A DNA stretch of 64,000 nucleotides, taken from the IMG/VR virus record IMGVR_UViG_3300038428_000825, positions 34,884 through 98,883 of that record. One strand, given 5' to 3'. The notes under the pieces are model-generated. The model made no database searches. It saw only the letters and a list, made by a program, of their open reading frames with translations, and was not told where the DNA came from. A program made the translations under genes and the position numbers. This stretch comes from a virus (Duplodnaviria; Caudoviricetes). This document shows positions 9,106-19,019 of the stretch, piece after piece. Every line of letters begins with the position of its first letter. The first letter of the stretch is position 1.

Positions 9106-11037
9106 ATGGCCTTCAATAACCTGCCTGGGATTATCGTCAACACGGTTGACGGAGGTCTCGTCTCTGCCGCTCCGCCGCAGGACCACTCTATCCTGATTAT
9201 CGGCACATGCGACCAGGGCGTGATCAATCAGCCATACCAGGTCACCAACCGCGCGATGGCGGCTCTCCAATTCGGTCTGAACGGAAACCTGATCCGTTCG
9301 ATGGAAGAGTGTGCTGCGAACTCCGACAACGTCATTCTGTTCCGTATGGGCGCTCAGCCTCAAGTCCTGGCGGGCATCGGTGTGGAGACGGGTACCGGTG
9401 CGACTGCAGGCTTTTCATTGAGCTTCGGGCAGGCCACCGCGACATCTGCCACCGATTACAAGATCTGGTACAAGGCTGGCGTTGTGGCCGTGTACTACCA
9501 GGGCGATCTGGAGTATTCGAACGATCCTCTCCAGACCACGGACAACGGTGACATCTCCATTGCCGGCACCATCTCCGGCAACACCGGCCTTCAACTCGGC
9601 ACGGGCGCCAGCGCCACCTTCGCAAATGCGATCACGGTGCAGGCTGCGGCTGCGTTGGTCGGTGCAACTTCGACTCCTCCTCCGACCCTGACCGCGGCCA
9701 TCACCGGCATCGGCCTGACAGGCCGCCAGACCTACCTCGCCTTTCTGGACGCAATCAACCTTCTGCAAGGGTTCCAGGTTGAGGAAGTTGTGGTTCCTGC
9801 CGCGACCTTCGATGCGCCGAATGTGGCCTTCTACTCGGTCGGCAACACAGCGACAGCCGTCAACAACCCGGCAACCAACCCCAACGCGCTCGATTGGCTC
9901 TTGATCGCGCGCGATGCCTTCGGCGACCAGACCTATCAGTGGGCTTCGGAAGCTAATGCCTGGGCCAATGGTGCCCAAGTTACCACCTTCCCCGCCGGAC
10001 TTACCGCTCAGACTGTGGCCGGAACTTCGATTCCGATCACGGCCGGTGCAGTTACGGCGATGCCCGGAACGGTTGCGACCGCTTCCGCGCGCCAGGCGCT
10101 CGGCTTTGCCGAAGTCAACTGGGGCTATGCAATCGCCAGCTTCTGCGCATCGATCAGTACGCTGGACAAGACCTGCATCGGTTTTATCGGCACGTCCGTC
10201 CCCGCTACCTACAAGCTGGTGGATGTCCGTCGGTGGGTCGGCTTCCTGCCCCATTACAACGCCAATGACGACGTGCAAAATCCAGGCGCCGGCCTGCTCG
10301 GTATCCCCTACACCGTCGGGACCAACGCCAGCGGATTGAACGCCCTTTGCTTTGACTACAGCTCTGGCTATCGCCAACCTGGCTTCTTCCAGACCGAGAA
10401 CGGACAGTATGACGGCACCGTCATGCAGGACATCAACCAGAACAACATCGACATCGGTGCGTACCTGCACGTTGTGGCCGATCAGGCCATCATGTCGAAT
10501 GGATATGCCACCAACTATGTGAGCAATCTGGCCAACTATGTCGCCGGCTTCTGCTCGGCTCTCGATGAGAAGACCGCGCTGACCAACCAGAAGGTGCCGC
10601 TCAAGCAACTGCCGGGCCTGATCTACACACCCGGACAGCTCGACTCCCTGACCCAGGCGAATATCAATGTGCTCCGCACCAAGGGGTCCTACAGCAACCC
10701 CGCGCTGCTGCATGACTTCACCTGCGCCACGGACATCAGCGATTACACCGAATTGCTTCGTGTTCGCATCAAAGGCCTGGTGATTGCGACCATGCTTGCG
10801 ATCGGCGATCCGTTTGTCGGAGCCAGCTCGCTCGACGGCCTCCAGCTCGTGTCGCTCAAGACCGCTCTGGACAACGGCTTGGTGGCCCTGCAGCAACGTG
10901 GTTACATCTCGAATCCGCAGGTGACCATCACCACGACCGCTGCCGAATCTCTGATCGGGCATGCCAACCTGTTCCTCACTTTCCATCCGGCTGATGAACT
11001 CGTTCAGCTCAGCGCCTACGTCGGCCTGAGTTCGTAA
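9106..11037 (+). CDS. Tail sheath protein
   Basis: 643 aa; N-terminal NLPGIIVNTVDGG, ILIIGT..G.IN.PY; C-terminal sheath-like domain; precedes tube genes. Confidence 0.85.
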   Translation: MAFNNLPGIIVNTVDGGLVSAAPPQDHSILIIGTCDQGVINQPYQVTNRAMAALQFGLNGNLIRSMEECAANSDNVILFRMGAQPQVLAGIGVETGTGATAGFSLSFGQATATSATDYKIWYKAGVVAVYYQGDLEYSNDPLQTTDNGDISIAGTISGNTGLQLGTGASATFANAITVQAAAALVGATSTPPPTLTAAITGIGLTGRQTYLAFLDAINLLQGFQVEEVVVPAATFDAPNVAFYSVGNTATAVNNPATNPNALDWLLIARDAFGDQTYQWASEANAWANGAQVTTFPAGLTAQTVAGTSIPITAGAVTAMPGTVATASARQALGFAEVNWGYAIASFCASISTLDKTCIGFIGTSVPATYKLVDVRRWVGFLPHYNANDDVQNPGAGLLGIPYTVGTNASGLNALCFDYSSGYRQPGFFQTENGQYDGTVMQDINQNNIDIGAYLHVVADQAIMSNGYATNYVSNLANYVAGFCSALDEKTALTNQKVPLKQLPGLIYTPGQLDSLTQANINVLRTKGSYSNPALLHDFTCATDISDYTELLRVRIKGLVIATMLAIGDPFVGASSLDGLQLVSLKTALDNGLVALQQRGYISNPQVTITTTAAESLIGHANLFLTFHPADELVQLSAYVGLSS

Positions 11038-11155
11038 GCCAACCTCACCTACCGTGGCTAACCTGCCGCGGTCTCGCTCCGCTGGGGATCGCCCTGGTCC
11101 CCGCGGAGCTGCAATTCACGATCTTACGTGAGCTTCATCCTCCCAAGGAGTAAAC

Positions 11156-11851
11156 ATGTCTTCTCTTCCCGGCGGCGTCCTTGCAAGCGAGATCAGCCGC
11201 TCCTACAACTCGTTTGCTGGTGCTGACATTACTGCTGTGATTGGTCAGTTCCAGTTTGCAGAGCTCCAGGCTATCTCCTACTCCGTGACTCGTGAAAAGG
11301 CACCGATCTACACGATGGGTTCTTGTGATCCTCGTGCATACTCGCGCAACAAGCGCGGCATCGCCGGCTCGCTCGTCTGGATCAACTTCGATCGCCATGC
11401 GCTGCTCAACCTCTTCCAAATGGCTCTCGGCACCTTCGTGGCCGATGCCGATGAGATCCGGCCCCAGTTCTCGAATGTGGCCAACGGGACAGCTGTCTTC
11501 CAGTCCTCGGTCGTTCGGGACACAGGTCCCTCGATCTCTTCGACCATCAGTCAGCTCGATCAGATGACCATGACCAGCAGCGCCTCCAACAGCGAACTGG
11601 CGACGCCTTGGTATTCCGACCAGATCCTGCCCTTCGACGTGACGCTGAGCGGCGCCAATGAGTACGGCGCGATGTGCGCGGCCAAGATCTTCGGCGTTGA
11701 GATCCTCAACGAGGGAATGGGCATCTCCATCGACGATGCCGTGACCGAGATGCAGGCGACTTTCGTTGCCCGCGTGGTCGAGCCCATGTCGGCCGTTCCG
11801 AGTCCGTTCCAGTCTGCGAGTGGCATCGGCGGCACATCCTTCACACTGTAA
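11156..11851 (+). CDS. Tail tube protein
   Basis: AAGGAG RBS; follows sheath; SFAGADI...LQAISYSVTREKAPIYTMG...RGIAGSL...DQILPFDV...NEYG. Confidence 0.75.
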   Translation: MSSLPGGVLASEISRSYNSFAGADITAVIGQFQFAELQAISYSVTREKAPIYTMGSCDPRAYSRNKRGIAGSLVWINFDRHALLNLFQMALGTFVADADEIRPQFSNVANGTAVFQSSVVRDTGPSISSTISQLDQMTMTSSASNSELATPWYSDQILPFDVTLSGANEYGAMCAAKIFGVEILNEGMGISIDDAVTEMQATFVARVVEPMSAVPSPFQSASGIGGTSFTL

Positions 11852-11872
11852 TCGCTTCCCATTTCGCTCTCT

Positions 11873-11933
11873 GGGCAGCTTCTGGCTTTGGCTCTTTATT
11901 CTTCTCCGCCATGCTGGAAGCTGCCCTTTTGTT
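11873..11933 (+). terminator. Long hairpin plus T-tract after the tube gene
   Basis: GGGCAGCTTCTGGC...GCTGGAAGCTGCCC followed by TTTTGTT. Confidence 0.6.
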
Positions 11934-11938
11934 CAGAT

Positions 11939-12937
11939 ATGAGCATCCCTCCCATCAGTTACGTCTCCTCCGACCAAAGCATGGTAACCAGCGGTGTCGA
12001 GTCCTTCTCGTCACAGGCCACTCCCATTGTGTCTGGAGGTCTCCAGACCGACGCTAGCCCGGCGCCTGCGCTGCCGAACGCCTCGGAAACATCGACCAGC
12101 TATACCGATTCCACCCAACCCGGAATGGTCCTGGGCAGCGACGGCAACTATTATCCGGCATCGAGTGTCTCTGCCGGTGGCGGGATCACGGATCCTCCCG
12201 TTTCCGCCTTCAACCCGATCAGCTCTGCTCTCAAATCCTCGTCAGTGCCAGCGAACAATCCCGCGCAACAGCACAACCTGAATCCAGGCAACGGACTGTA
12301 TCACGAGGCATCCTACACGGGATCGAACCTGAAGGTGATGATCGAGGTGGCCAATGACGGCACCAACACGACCAATCCTACTGGCCTGTCGACAACCACC
12401 AACTCCAACAGCGTCTCCCAGCAGGCGACTTCCAAGCCTGCGCGCCAGGCAAAGCAGCTTGTGGAGCTGACCACCATTACGGTATCCGTCCATCGTGTGA
12501 AGTCTCCCGCGGTGGCCTGTGGATACATCAACCCCAAAGGCTGGGCGCGCGGCCGGCGCACAATCGCCGGCACTTTGGTGATGACCAAGTTCACTACGGA
12601 CGTCCTTTACGCCTTCCTCAATTCCGGCGCGTTCACATCCGACCTCTCCAAAGACACAACCTACATGAAGGTGGATCAGCTTCCTCCCTTCAATCTCACT
12701 CTTCTGTTCGCCGATGAGTATGGGAACACCAGCTCTCAGCGGTTGCTGGGTGTCGAGCTTGTGACGTCGGGTGACGTCTACTCCATCCAGGACATGTTGA
12801 GCGAACAGACAATCTCCTACGTTGCCGCGGACTTCACGCCCTTGATGCCTCTCAACAAGAGCAGCCTTTACGGAGCCGCCGCCGGGAGTACCGTGACGGC
12901 TCCGCAGAGAACCGTGGGCACGGTCCTGAACCAATAG
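11939..12937 (+). CDS. Tube-like paralogue 2 (tube initiator/baseplate-proximal ring candidate)
   Basis: SVHRVKSP...G..NPKGWARGRRTIAGTL...DQLPPFNL...DEYG aligns by eye with 11156..11851. Confidence 0.7.
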   Translation: MSIPPISYVSSDQSMVTSGVESFSSQATPIVSGGLQTDASPAPALPNASETSTSYTDSTQPGMVLGSDGNYYPASSVSAGGGITDPPVSAFNPISSALKSSSVPANNPAQQHNLNPGNGLYHEASYTGSNLKVMIEVANDGTNTTNPTGLSTTTNSNSVSQQATSKPARQAKQLVELTTITVSVHRVKSPAVACGYINPKGWARGRRTIAGTLVMTKFTTDVLYAFLNSGAFTSDLSKDTTYMKVDQLPPFNLTLLFADEYGNTSSQRLLGVELVTSGDVYSIQDMLSEQTISYVAADFTPLMPLNKSSLYGAAAGSTVTAPQRTVGTVLNQ

Positions 12938-12958
12938 GCAGCTCAGTAAGGAATCGAC

Positions 12959-13780
12959 GTGACGATAATCGCCGGCAGTCCGATGGCACCAACGGCAAGT
13001 TCCAACGCCGTTCAGAAGCCCCCAGCTCCGGGATCGGCCACTCCGGCTGCGGCGAATACCCAGAACACTCCCGGCGGTATCGTCATCCCCTCGCTTGCCC
13101 CCAACTACGAGTGGATCTATCCCAACTCGACGGATGGCAAGTATTTCACCGCCACACAGGCCCAGATGTACATCGGCAACCTGTTCATCGACGAACTGGT
13201 GAACCTGCAGTTTGCCTATCAGGGCAACCGAATTCCCATGTTTGGGTATTGTTCACGAAGCGCGGATGCGTTTGGAACCGGCAGGCTTTTGGTACAAGGA
13301 CAGATTGCGATTAACTTCGTGACTGAAGGCTACCTGTACACGGTCCTCAAAGAGTTCTCGAAGATATACACCCAGCCGGTTCAGGCATCAGCAACAGGAC
13401 AGGCGGGCGCGCAGATCGCTTCTCTGGTGCAGCAGAGTCAGCAGATCACTAACGCCATGCAAGGCGCCTTGTCGCCGTCTGCCACCGCAAGCTACCAGGC
13501 GCAGTTGAACATCATCAGCCAGCAGATCCAGTCTCTGGCCGCCCAGGGCGGCCCGGACGCGATCAACGCCGCCAAGCAATCCGCCACTGTTCAGAGCGAC
13601 ACTCCAAACGCGATTGTGCTGAACATCCCGTTCGACATTCACTGCGAACTGACAGGCGCGGGCCGCACGGTGGAGAGGATTCTCCGCAACTGCCTGCTGA
13701 TCTCGAACGAGCAGGTTTACGACCAATCCGGCCAGACACTGTTGGACTGCTATGGCTTCGTTGCCCGCTCTGCCAACTAA
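12959..13780 (+). CDS. Tube-like paralogue 3
   Basis: YFT..QAQMYIG...IPMFGY...GRLLVQGQIAINF...PFDI...Y.FVAR; AAGGA RBS with GTG start. Confidence 0.6.
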   Translation: MTIIAGSPMAPTASSNAVQKPPAPGSATPAAANTQNTPGGIVIPSLAPNYEWIYPNSTDGKYFTATQAQMYIGNLFIDELVNLQFAYQGNRIPMFGYCSRSADAFGTGRLLVQGQIAINFVTEGYLYTVLKEFSKIYTQPVQASATGQAGAQIASLVQQSQQITNAMQGALSPSATASYQAQLNIISQQIQSLAAQGGPDAINAAKQSATVQSDTPNAIVLNIPFDIHCELTGAGRTVERILRNCLLISNEQVYDQSGQTLLDCYGFVARSAN

Positions 13781-13807
13781 CCGACCAACCTTTAGGAGCA
13801 TCGACTC

Positions 13808-14236
13808 ATGTCCGATCAGATCAAAGAACAACCCCAAATCACCCCTTTCGAGTTCCTCCAGACATTCCCGGAGGCTCCGAGCCTGGAGCAGATCGAACAG
13901 TGGAAGCAGCAGGCGCCAGGCGCGCGCCTCCGTATCTGGCACTCGACGGATGGGAAGCGCGTTTATGTGCTGCGGGCCATCGGCGGCCAGGAACTGGGGC
14001 AACTGCAGGCGAGCCTGCCCCCGAACATCCCGCCAGAGAAGGTGCAAGCCGAGGTCCAGATCCTTATGGCAATCCGCTGTTGTGTGTGGACCAGCTCGAC
14101 CATCGATCACAAGCTGTCCGACCTCGCACTGAAGGGAGCAGGCGCAGGCCTTCCCCAGACGCTGCAAGAGATCATCTATCAGCTCTCTGACTACATGGAC
14201 CCGATGGACATCAACCGCTTCAGCGCCGATCTGTAA
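13808..14236 (+). CDS. Probable tail assembly chaperone
   Basis: Position after the tube genes; QIEQWKQQ...VYVLRAI pattern; AGGAG RBS. Confidence 0.6.
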   Translation: MSDQIKEQPQITPFEFLQTFPEAPSLEQIEQWKQQAPGARLRIWHSTDGKRVYVLRAIGGQELGQLQASLPPNIPPEKVQAEVQILMAIRCCVWTSSTIDHKLSDLALKGAGAGLPQTLQEIIYQLSDYMDPMDINRFSADL

Positions 14237-14244
14237 GGAGCGCC

Positions 14245-14820
14245 ATGCAGGTATTCTCTGCCCGTTGGCCAAGCGGCCGTAAAGTGAAGTGGCGTTCACT
14301 CACCTGGGCAGAGTTCAAGAAGTTTGATCGACAACTCGATTATGACTGCCCGGCTTCCGTCTACTGCGACGTATACCGGGCAGTTGTGCTTGATGGCCCA
14401 CCTCTGGATGGCGACCCTGTTTACCAGGCGCCGGCCGGACTCGTCGAATGGATTGCCCGAGCATTGCTGGACTCGAATCCGTTCAACGGAGAATACAAGG
14501 ACGTCAAGCGCGCGCTCGAAATGAAGCGCATCGAACTGAAGTCAAGCTGGTTGAACTCCGCCAAGTCGATCATCGCCGGGATCTTCCGTTACACCTTCGA
14601 GGAGATCGAGCAGTGGGATGCGGAGATGTTCTTCGAGCGTCTCGCCTACGCCGAGTTCGTCTCTGGGCGCAAGCTCGAGCCGGGAGATCCGGATAAGCTG
14701 GATGCCCAGCATTCTGGGAAGAAGCCTAGTCACCCTGAAGGCCCTCCGAAGCCTGCCAAGCGCGAGCTGAGTCCGGCACAACAGAAGGTTGTCAATCGCG
14801 TAGTCAACTCCCGTAAGTAA
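14245..14820 (+). CDS. Probable second tail assembly chaperone
   Basis: Own AAGGAG RBS; WRSLTWAEF...YTFEEIEQWD; directly precedes the giant genes. Confidence 0.55.
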   Translation: MQVFSARWPSGRKVKWRSLTWAEFKKFDRQLDYDCPASVYCDVYRAVVLDGPPLDGDPVYQAPAGLVEWIARALLDSNPFNGEYKDVKRALEMKRIELKSSWLNSAKSIIAGIFRYTFEEIEQWDAEMFFERLAYAEFVSGRKLEPGDPDKLDAQHSGKKPSHPEGPPKPAKRELSPAQQKVVNRVVNSRK

Positions 14821-14829
14821 GGGGATGCT

Positions 14830-17800
14830 GTGCCCTTGGATTCCTCCCAACCCGTGATCGAAACCACAGCCGGGCGTCCTCGTTTCGCTTCCGACAAATC
14901 CTTTCAACTGGAAAGTGAAGAGGCCTACAATCCCTTGGTCCGAGCGATCGGAGTCGGGGTTGTGGGCACGGCTTTGTATGCCACGCATCGGACGATGCTG
15001 GCGACGGTGCCGGAGTATGCCCCGACGCTTCAGAACTGGGCGCAGAAGTTCGAGAATCAGACTCCCTTCCACATTGGCCGGACCTTCGCGTTCACCGAAC
15101 GGCTCTCTTCCTACACAACTCCCGAAGAGTTGAAGTTCACACGGTCGATGCTGACCAACCTGGACGGGTCGCTCAACACCGTCGGCGAGACATTCCAACG
15201 TCAGTTCAAAGCTGCAGGCGTAGATTTCGACGTCCTCCAGCAGGTCACCGAAGACAACCCCCTGCTGTTCAAGGGCCGCCGGCGCGCGGGCTCTGCCTAC
15301 ATGAAGCTGGTGGGCCGCGGCGGGATCGACTTCGAGACCCGGTTCACTCCATCGGAAGGCCGTCTCGCCGGCACTGCTTCCCGTCTTGGCCAGGATCTGC
15401 GCCAGACGCCCCTCCATTGGTCCACGAATCCCAACTTCCGCGAGCGGATGTGGGAGAACTTCCAAACCTATAGATCTTCGCAGCGCATCACCAACGCGTC
15501 TCCCTGGAGAGAGGCCGCCAAGGATGCTTCTGATCTGAAGTTCCGGCCGTTCCACAGCCGGGCCCATGTCGAAGGCAATCTGGGTGAGGAGGTCGCGCAG
15601 ACGGCTCGAAACGTCTGGTCGCGCTTTCAGGTTGAATCTCTCGAAGCAGTAGAGCGTCCTCAGAGACTCTTTGCCGAAGCAGGATTCGGTCTCAAGGCAG
15701 GCACCTGGAACAAGACCTTCCATCTTCCTTTCGCCGGTGAAGGTGGCATCGTCAACCAGATGCTCACCAGGCGCGTGCTGCCGATCGCGCTGGCCGCGAC
15801 CGCTGCAGGCTGGCTGGATTACAAGCTTGGGCATCCCAGCGACAAGGTCATCGATCTCGGCCTCAAGGCCAACGTCCTCCGGGCGGATCTGACAGACATG
15901 CTTCCCGGTGGCCGCAAGGTCACCGAATTCTACGAGAATACTGTCCCCGGGCCACAGTATGGTCCGCTGGCGCTTCCCGCAGCCGGTGCTTTTGCCGGCG
16001 GCCTGCTGCACTACTCGCGCGTCGTGCGCGGCCAGTTCGCCACCGAGGATCTCCGAAAAGCAGGCTCACGTCTTCTGCCGGATGTGAAGGCCCTGCGGAC
16101 ATGGGCCGGCACCAGCGGTAAGAAGCTGGCATCCATCGAAGGCTTGGCTCAGATCTGGAGAGGTCTGGGCACACCCGGCAGAGGAGCGGCAATCGGTCTG
16201 GTGGCAGCGTTGCCCTTCCTGCCTGGAATGCTTGGTTCTCGCAAGACTGGCAACGAGTTGCGCGATGTCTATTCCGGATTGGACGAGGTTCCAATCCGAA
16301 GTGGACGCTGGTGGGAGCTGGGATCAACCCCCTTTGAAGGCGCGCGCATCAAGGCATGGCGGCCTCACTGGAGCGTCCTGCACAAGAGCCGCGCGGAAGA
16401 CATCTCGCTGTTCGGATCGGAAGAGGAGAAGTGGAAGCACAACCCGATCCTGCATCCCCTCCGCTGGCTGAAGGATCCGTACTACCTCGAAAAACTGCAC
16501 TACGAGGACCGCCCGTACCCAGTGGCGTCGCCGGCATTCACCAACGTGCCACTCATCGGCCCGTTGCTTGGCGCCACGATCGGCAAACTGGTCAAGCCGA
16601 CGATCAGAATGCACGAAGAGGATTGGGATGGCAAGGAGTACACCCTCTACTCGACACGCATCGAGCCCAAAGGTCCAGAGGCTCTTCCTCCGCCACTGCC
16701 GAAGGACGAATTCTCGATCGGCAACGCCCTCAAGAAGGAAGCGACGATCTTTGCCGAGTACACCGGTCTCTACGGCTTCATCGCCAAGAGTGGCTATCAG
16801 GGACTGTTTCCCAACTCCAATAGTCTGGGCAAGGAAGTCGACTATCAAGGATCTCGTCAGATCGACAACTTCTCCCGTCGTTACTACGAGAAGGAGTTGG
16901 GCGCCGGCATTGGTCCGTCCCTCTCAGGCACAGAGCACTTCGGCTATACAGAACCCTTTCGCCGCTTTGTCCAGCGGGAGAGCTTCTCTCCCCAGGCCAA
17001 CGAGATCCCCAACACGGCCGCCAGTTGGCTGCCAGGAGATGACTACTACACCAACTTCCATGTCGGCGATCCCTTCATCAAGGTCGACCAGGGATTTGCC
17101 CGTCTGCCCGGCGCCGGCTACGAAGCCATCCATCCCGAGCTGAAGGGAGTCGATCCAGAAGACTATCCCGACATCCACAAGATGGCCATCCTGGCCGACG
17201 TGGCCCCATACTCACGGGAGTACCACAACGTCAGGCAGCGCGTAGCCCAGCAAGCCAAGGGCGATACCGAGCTGGAGATCGAATACGAGAAGATCATGAA
17301 CCGGGTCAAACAGACCCGGGAATCGATCATCCGGATGAACGACAGGCACTTCACCGCACCTGTCGATGAGATCTCCGGCACTGTGGATGAGGTTTCTCCC
17401 GGCGGAGTCACCCTCAAGGAGTTTCCCGGCCGGCGCTTCCAGTTCTCTTCCGTGGGTATGAGTGCGGCAGACCTGTCCGCGAAGATCCTCGGCGAGAACA
17501 ACGACATGACCCGCAGCGAGGTGGCCCTCGAAGTGGACCGCCGTCGTGATGCCATGCAGCTGTATCTGGCCGATCATTTGGCCGAAGGAACATGGATCCG
17601 GGCTGTTGTTCCCAAAGGAGCTACGGACAGTGCCGAGTCGATTCGGGCTGTCATCCTGGCCAATGGAGAGAACGTCAACCGCGAGCTGATCGACCAAGGG
17701 TTTGGGCAGTACCGTGAAGACCTCGGCGGAGCCGAAGCTCGTTCCATGCATGGGAAGCTGGGACGCGCAGTCGGTAGCATGGCCGAGGGTTTGGCCTTCC

Positions 17801-18843
17801 AGGGAGATTCCAGTGCATTGAATCCGATGAGGTATGTGCCCTCACCGGCCCACACCAAGTTCTGGCAGGAACGCACCCCGCTGGCCCAGTACATCAACAA
17901 TGAGGTTGCAGGCACCAGGATGCGGCGTTGGGAGCGCCCGATCCACGACTTCCTCATGCCCTATGCCCGCGGTCTGGTCGAGCGCGTGACCGGACAAACT
18001 GTGCTGCCTGGCGACGTTCAGAAACGCCGGGACCTCAACACTCTGGCCGACGTCATGACCTACCTGCGCGATCTGGATGGTCGTGCGTCAGGCTCCTATA
18101 CTAATAAGGGGCAGAGGACATCGATCGGCGCCAACCTGTTTGCCGCGCCGACATTCGTTGCTTCCACCCTTCCCGCTCGTGAATCCCACTACTTCCGTGA
18201 GTTTCTTGCCGAGACCGATCCGAGCAAGAGATCCCAGATTCTGAAGGTTGCATCCCCAGAGATGCAACGCGCTTTGTCCGCCCAATGGGCAGTGCAGAAG
18301 TCCCGCATTGCCGAGGCGGAAGGCAAGGATCACGAGGAGATTGGCGAGGGCGGCCGGCTGTACGACGAAGCCGACGTTGAAGAGTTCGAGAAGGCTGACA
18401 CCGGCCTCGACTACGGCAACTGGCTGCGTTCGAAAGAGATTGCGGACTTCTTCTCCCGGACTGGATTCGCTCTCCCCGAGCACAGCTCTGAAGCGTTTGA
18501 TGAGGCTTTGGATTACCAGGATGTTGAGCTGAAGATAATTCAGCAGGAGGGGTATGACGCACACGACTTCAACATCTTTGACGACAGGGCTTCCCTCCTG
18601 TGGCGGAAGCCGTACATCGATGGAGCTGTTCGTGAATTGACCAGCGGCGATGATCGTTCTCCCGACCAGCTTCGGCGTGCGGTGGAACAGATCATGCTGG
18701 CAGCCAACGACAAGAAGGCGGACGTCAGAACCTCCGTTCATGCAGGACATGTGAATCACACGAATGTTCGCGTGCGCGCCGATATAGATCAGACGGAAGA
18801 CTTGCTGAGAGAGATTCGCCGGAATCCAGAGGATTACCAGTGA
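14830..18843 (+). CDS. Tape-measure-like/ejection protein with hydrophobic segments and a degenerate SNase-like domain
   Basis: 1337 aa in the tape-measure slot; several Gly/Ala hydrophobic stretches; RAVILANGENVNRELIDQGFG resembles the thermonuclease C-terminus. Confidence 0.6.
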   Translation: MPLDSSQPVIETTAGRPRFASDKSFQLESEEAYNPLVRAIGVGVVGTALYATHRTMLATVPEYAPTLQNWAQKFENQTPFHIGRTFAFTERLSSYTTPEELKFTRSMLTNLDGSLNTVGETFQRQFKAAGVDFDVLQQVTEDNPLLFKGRRRAGSAYMKLVGRGGIDFETRFTPSEGRLAGTASRLGQDLRQTPLHWSTNPNFRERMWENFQTYRSSQRITNASPWREAAKDASDLKFRPFHSRAHVEGNLGEEVAQTARNVWSRFQVESLEAVERPQRLFAEAGFGLKAGTWNKTFHLPFAGEGGIVNQMLTRRVLPIALAATAAGWLDYKLGHPSDKVIDLGLKANVLRADLTDMLPGGRKVTEFYENTVPGPQYGPLALPAAGAFAGGLLHYSRVVRGQFATEDLRKAGSRLLPDVKALRTWAGTSGKKLASIEGLAQIWRGLGTPGRGAAIGLVAALPFLPGMLGSRKTGNELRDVYSGLDEVPIRSGRWWELGSTPFEGARIKAWRPHWSVLHKSRAEDISLFGSEEEKWKHNPILHPLRWLKDPYYLEKLHYEDRPYPVASPAFTNVPLIGPLLGATIGKLVKPTIRMHEEDWDGKEYTLYSTRIEPKGPEALPPPLPKDEFSIGNALKKEATIFAEYTGLYGFIAKSGYQGLFPNSNSLGKEVDYQGSRQIDNFSRRYYEKELGAGIGPSLSGTEHFGYTEPFRRFVQRESFSPQANEIPNTAASWLPGDDYYTNFHVGDPFIKVDQGFARLPGAGYEAIHPELKGVDPEDYPDIHKMAILADVAPYSREYHNVRQRVAQQAKGDTELEIEYEKIMNRVKQTRESIIRMNDRHFTAPVDEISGTVDEVSPGGVTLKEFPGRRFQFSSVGMSAADLSAKILGENNDMTRSEVALEVDRRRDAMQLYLADHLAEGTWIRAVVPKGATDSAESIRAVILANGENVNRELIDQGFGQYREDLGGAEARSMHGKLGRAVGSMAEGLAFQGDSSALNPMRYVPSPAHTKFWQERTPLAQYINNEVAGTRMRRWERPIHDFLMPYARGLVERVTGQTVLPGDVQKRRDLNTLADVMTYLRDLDGRASGSYTNKGQRTSIGANLFAAPTFVASTLPARESHYFREFLAETDPSKRSQILKVASPEMQRALSAQWAVQKSRIAEAEGKDHEEIGEGGRLYDEADVEEFEKADTGLDYGNWLRSKEIADFFSRTGFALPEHSSEAFDEALDYQDVELKIIQQEGYDAHDFNIFDDRASLLWRKPYIDGAVRELTSGDDRSPDQLRRAVEQIMLAANDKKADVRTSVHAGHVNHTNVRVRADIDQTEDLLREIRRNPEDYQ

Positions 18844-19019
18844 TGCAAGTAACCGTTCCTATGTGGTCGGATGAGGCTTTGGTAGATCCCTGCCAACAGA
18901 GAGACTCGTAACAGCCTCATCGGCCCCTGCCGGGCGGATCAAAACCTGGACTTCCACCCAAGCACACTCGTCCTCGTGCTCCTCGCCTTGATCGGAAGCA
19001 TCCGCCCAACCCCCTTCCT

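Noticed and set aside
13808-14820. Programmed frameshift between the two chaperone genes (lambda G/GT type)
   Set aside because: No slippery heptamer seen near 14236, and the second gene has its own AAGGAG RBS and ATG
18095-18104. CCTATACTAA and ATACTAGACAG (~48553) partial matches to the promoter-like motif
   Set aside because: Both lie inside coding sequence and are incomplete, so they were not counted
18860-18925. Hammerhead ribozyme or known riboswitch in the three-way junction
   Set aside because: No CUGANGA/GAAA core on either strand and no aptamer consensus recognised; kept only as an unclassified structure
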